Origin: Saccostrea echinata
Taxonomy: Eukaryota
DNA length: 63,814 nt
NCBI RefSeq assembly: GCF_033153115.1
Contig: NW_026889781.1
Coordinates: forward strand, 5,146,001 to 5,209,814
Direction of reading: 5' to 3'
Below, one piece after another: positions 61,568 to 63,814 of the stretch (its first letter is position 1; every line of letters begins with the position of its first letter). A program made the translations under genes and the position numbers. Under the pieces are notes generated by a model. The model was not told the DNA's origin. It saw only the letters and a list, made by a program, of their open reading frames with translations, and did not search any database.

Positions 61568-61616
<49 letters not shown>

Positions 61617-62803
61617 ACTAAATGTCAGCTTGATACTGCCTTCCAAAAACTTGGAAATCAAATAATTCTCTTCGAGAAAATCTAAAATATTGAGCATTTC
61701 GGGGCAATTTTACCGCGTATACAAATAAACCTATAACTAACATAACTTGAAAATTTGGGTTCGATTGATAAAGTATTAAAGTAGAAAAATCTCGAAAAAC
61801 CTCGGCACGGGTTTGCGTACCTTATTTTACCAACACTCGCAGCGAACACCCTGCCACCTAGCGTTATAATACCGCATTAAATTCACACTACTTGTATGAA
61901 TTCGTCTTCTTTAAATGCGCTTCATGGTTTGTGTGACTGAATTTACATTTGTAATAGAGTTTATCATAATTATTTATTAAAGAAACTGTATCAATTTAAA
62001 GAAAGAAGAACGAATTTACAAGAATAAAGAAACATAGAAGTAAGGACAAAATGAAGAATGAAAAAAGTTCAAAGTGAAATGTAATAAAGACGAATATGAA
62101 AACAATAAAGTGACATATATTTACAATAATAACAAAGAATAAAGAAGTAGGCAGAATAAGAATAAAAGCAAGATAAATAGACTTTTGGCGGTAATTCCCT
62201 TCCATATTCGTAATAAATTTAGGAAAGAATCATAAGACTTTATCCTTGACTTAGCTGCAGAACTAGCTCTCCGAAAAGAAATATTGACAGAAGAGCTACA
62301 GTCCACCCACAAAAAAGCTGTATATTTACTGCGCAGAAAAAGTTGCACTCGGTTCTGGATCTATCTCTCCAAATTCTTACCTCAATTGCCAAAAAAAAAA
62401 AGTCGATTTCAAAAAAAATCATCAGACACCTATCAACTACTCTTGTAGTTGACATCTGCTCGAAGCGCGTTGGGACGAATTGTACTGCCACCAAAAATAG
62501 TCGTATGAATAGGCGAAATTTTGGATCGTCTCCATTTCAGGCCCAGGAGGGATATCAACAACGGTCATAGGAAATATTTTAATGTGGAAATAGTGAAAGA
62601 ATATGTTAGGATAACAAGGTTAGTAATATTTTGAGATTGCAGCTTCAATATACGGAGTAAAAATAAATCTAAAAACCGCGCACTTTTTTGTGCACAATAA
62701 ATATACACCATTTTTCAATGCATGGTACTGTAGACCTCTGGTCGTCCTTCCCATTTTTTTTTCAGACCAGCGAGATACAGATCTGAAGCTACCCTTGACT
62801 AAG

Positions 62804-62805
<2 letters not shown>

Positions 62806-62876
<71 letters not shown>
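62806..62876. repeat. Compound (CT)n(AT)n microsatellite
   Basis: Direct observation. Confidence 0.95.
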
Positions 62877-62879
<3 letters not shown>

Positions 62880-63088
62880 ACATTCAGTAGCGTCTATATC
62901 AATTCATAAGTTCGTTTGTATTGAATACGAGGGTTGATTCAAGAGTAATGTCACTGTTGCTATAGAATCTTTAATAACAGGAAATTACCAACAAAATATA
63001 AAAAATTATTATAATGATTATCGCCCTTATACAAATATCAACTATCACGTTTGCAAATCTGGTGTCATTAAAGTTGTTTTCATCGGAA

Positions 63089-63253
63089 TCAGTGTAAAGA
63101 AAAAATATGCACAATACGAAGATCTTCCCCGAGAGAATTCTTTACACCACACCTATATGGGACTTCATTAATCTTCTGGAAGTTGAAAATGCGAAGAACT
63201 GTAGAATAATTACCAGAAAACGCCTGGATATTGGTTGGCATCCCATCGCTTGC
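63089..63253 (-). CDS. Terminal Ig-domain exon of a third paralog (C); remainder lies beyond the right edge
   Basis: A poly-T + GCCAG acceptor is followed by ASDGMPTNIQAFSGNYSTVLRIFNFQKINEVPYRCGVKNSLGEDLRIVHIFSLH*, clearly homologous to 35088-35258 (NFQKINE..YRC.VKNS.G.D) and 29887-30054. Confidence 0.85.
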   Translation of the reverse strand, partial: ASDGMPTNIQAFSGNYSTVLRIFNFQKINEVPYRCGVKNSLGEDLRIVHIFSLH

Positions 63254-63256
63254 CTG

Positions 63257-63300
<44 letters not shown>

Positions 63301-63814
63301 ATTACTGAATTGAAGACGACAAACTTCATGTTTAAAAAAAGCAGATTTTTTTAATACACATTATTCATGTATTGACTGGATTTGATAGAATCATGCGTTT
63401 TGTTGGCTCTGAGATCCATTTGTTTAAATGAGACCGTAAGGTCAAAGGTTACTAATTGGTTCGATGGTTTGCCAAAACACAGTCTACTCAAGTACCCAGT
63501 CAATATGTATTCTTTGATACCTTTAACTTTGTACTATTCAGTCAATGTCGAACAACAACAAATCCTAATAGATGCAGTTTCTTGAGTTGTGTCGCCTAAG
63601 CCAAGGATTAACGAAGGATTACTGTGACGTAAAAAAAATCTTATTTTGTTGGAGAAAAAAATTGTGGGGAAGTTTTATTTACGAAACATGTTTTTAAAGG
63701 ACTGGGACATAAGAATAAACTTTAAGATTGCATAAAAAGATGTTTTAAGTTATATCGATGTAAGATGTTAAGAGGAAATTGTCCTCTGTTGTATTGTAAG
63801 AAAGGTAAAGCTTA

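Larger units (their letters stand above)
59087..62210. mobile_element. ~3.1-kb foldback element with ~490-bp outer inverted arms and nested insertions
   Basis: 59087-~59573 is the near-identical reverse complement of ~61728-62210; mirrored ORFs 59080-59280(+) and 61996-62205(-) show the same text. More diverged symmetry continues inward (~60745-60840 vs ~61617-61700). Confidence 0.88.

Overview
AT-rich, intron-rich animal DNA, most likely from a bivalve (oyster-like; inferred from the repeat families and gene types), with four assembly gaps. No prokaryotic features, rRNA or CRISPR arrays were seen. Splicing the exons by hand gives four protein-coding units. (1) A minus-strand gene with signal peptide, F-type-lectin/F5-8C-like domain and 4 EGF-like repeats (17964->~1435). 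(2) A plus-strand secreted protein with two 12-Cys three-finger (Ly6/uPAR-like) domains, a Thr-rich mucin stalk and a C-terminal Ig domain (21614-30054). (3) A convergent minus-strand paralog with one three-finger-like domain and two Ig domains, carrying an in-frame TGA at a conserved Cys (43877->35088). (4) The terminal Ig exon of a third paralog at 63089-63253. A structurally complete Ngaro-type tyrosine-recombinase retrotransposon (46904-53117, minus) has split direct repeats, gag, RT/RNase H, YR and an ATG-less SGNH hydrolase that appears to be spliced onto the gag N-terminus. The rest is a 5'-truncated Penelope-like RT, an L1/Tx1 fragment, tRNA-derived SINEs, Helentron-type non-autonomous elements, many MITEs and a ~3.1 kb foldback element. 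All gene models are manual predictions without transcript or database support.
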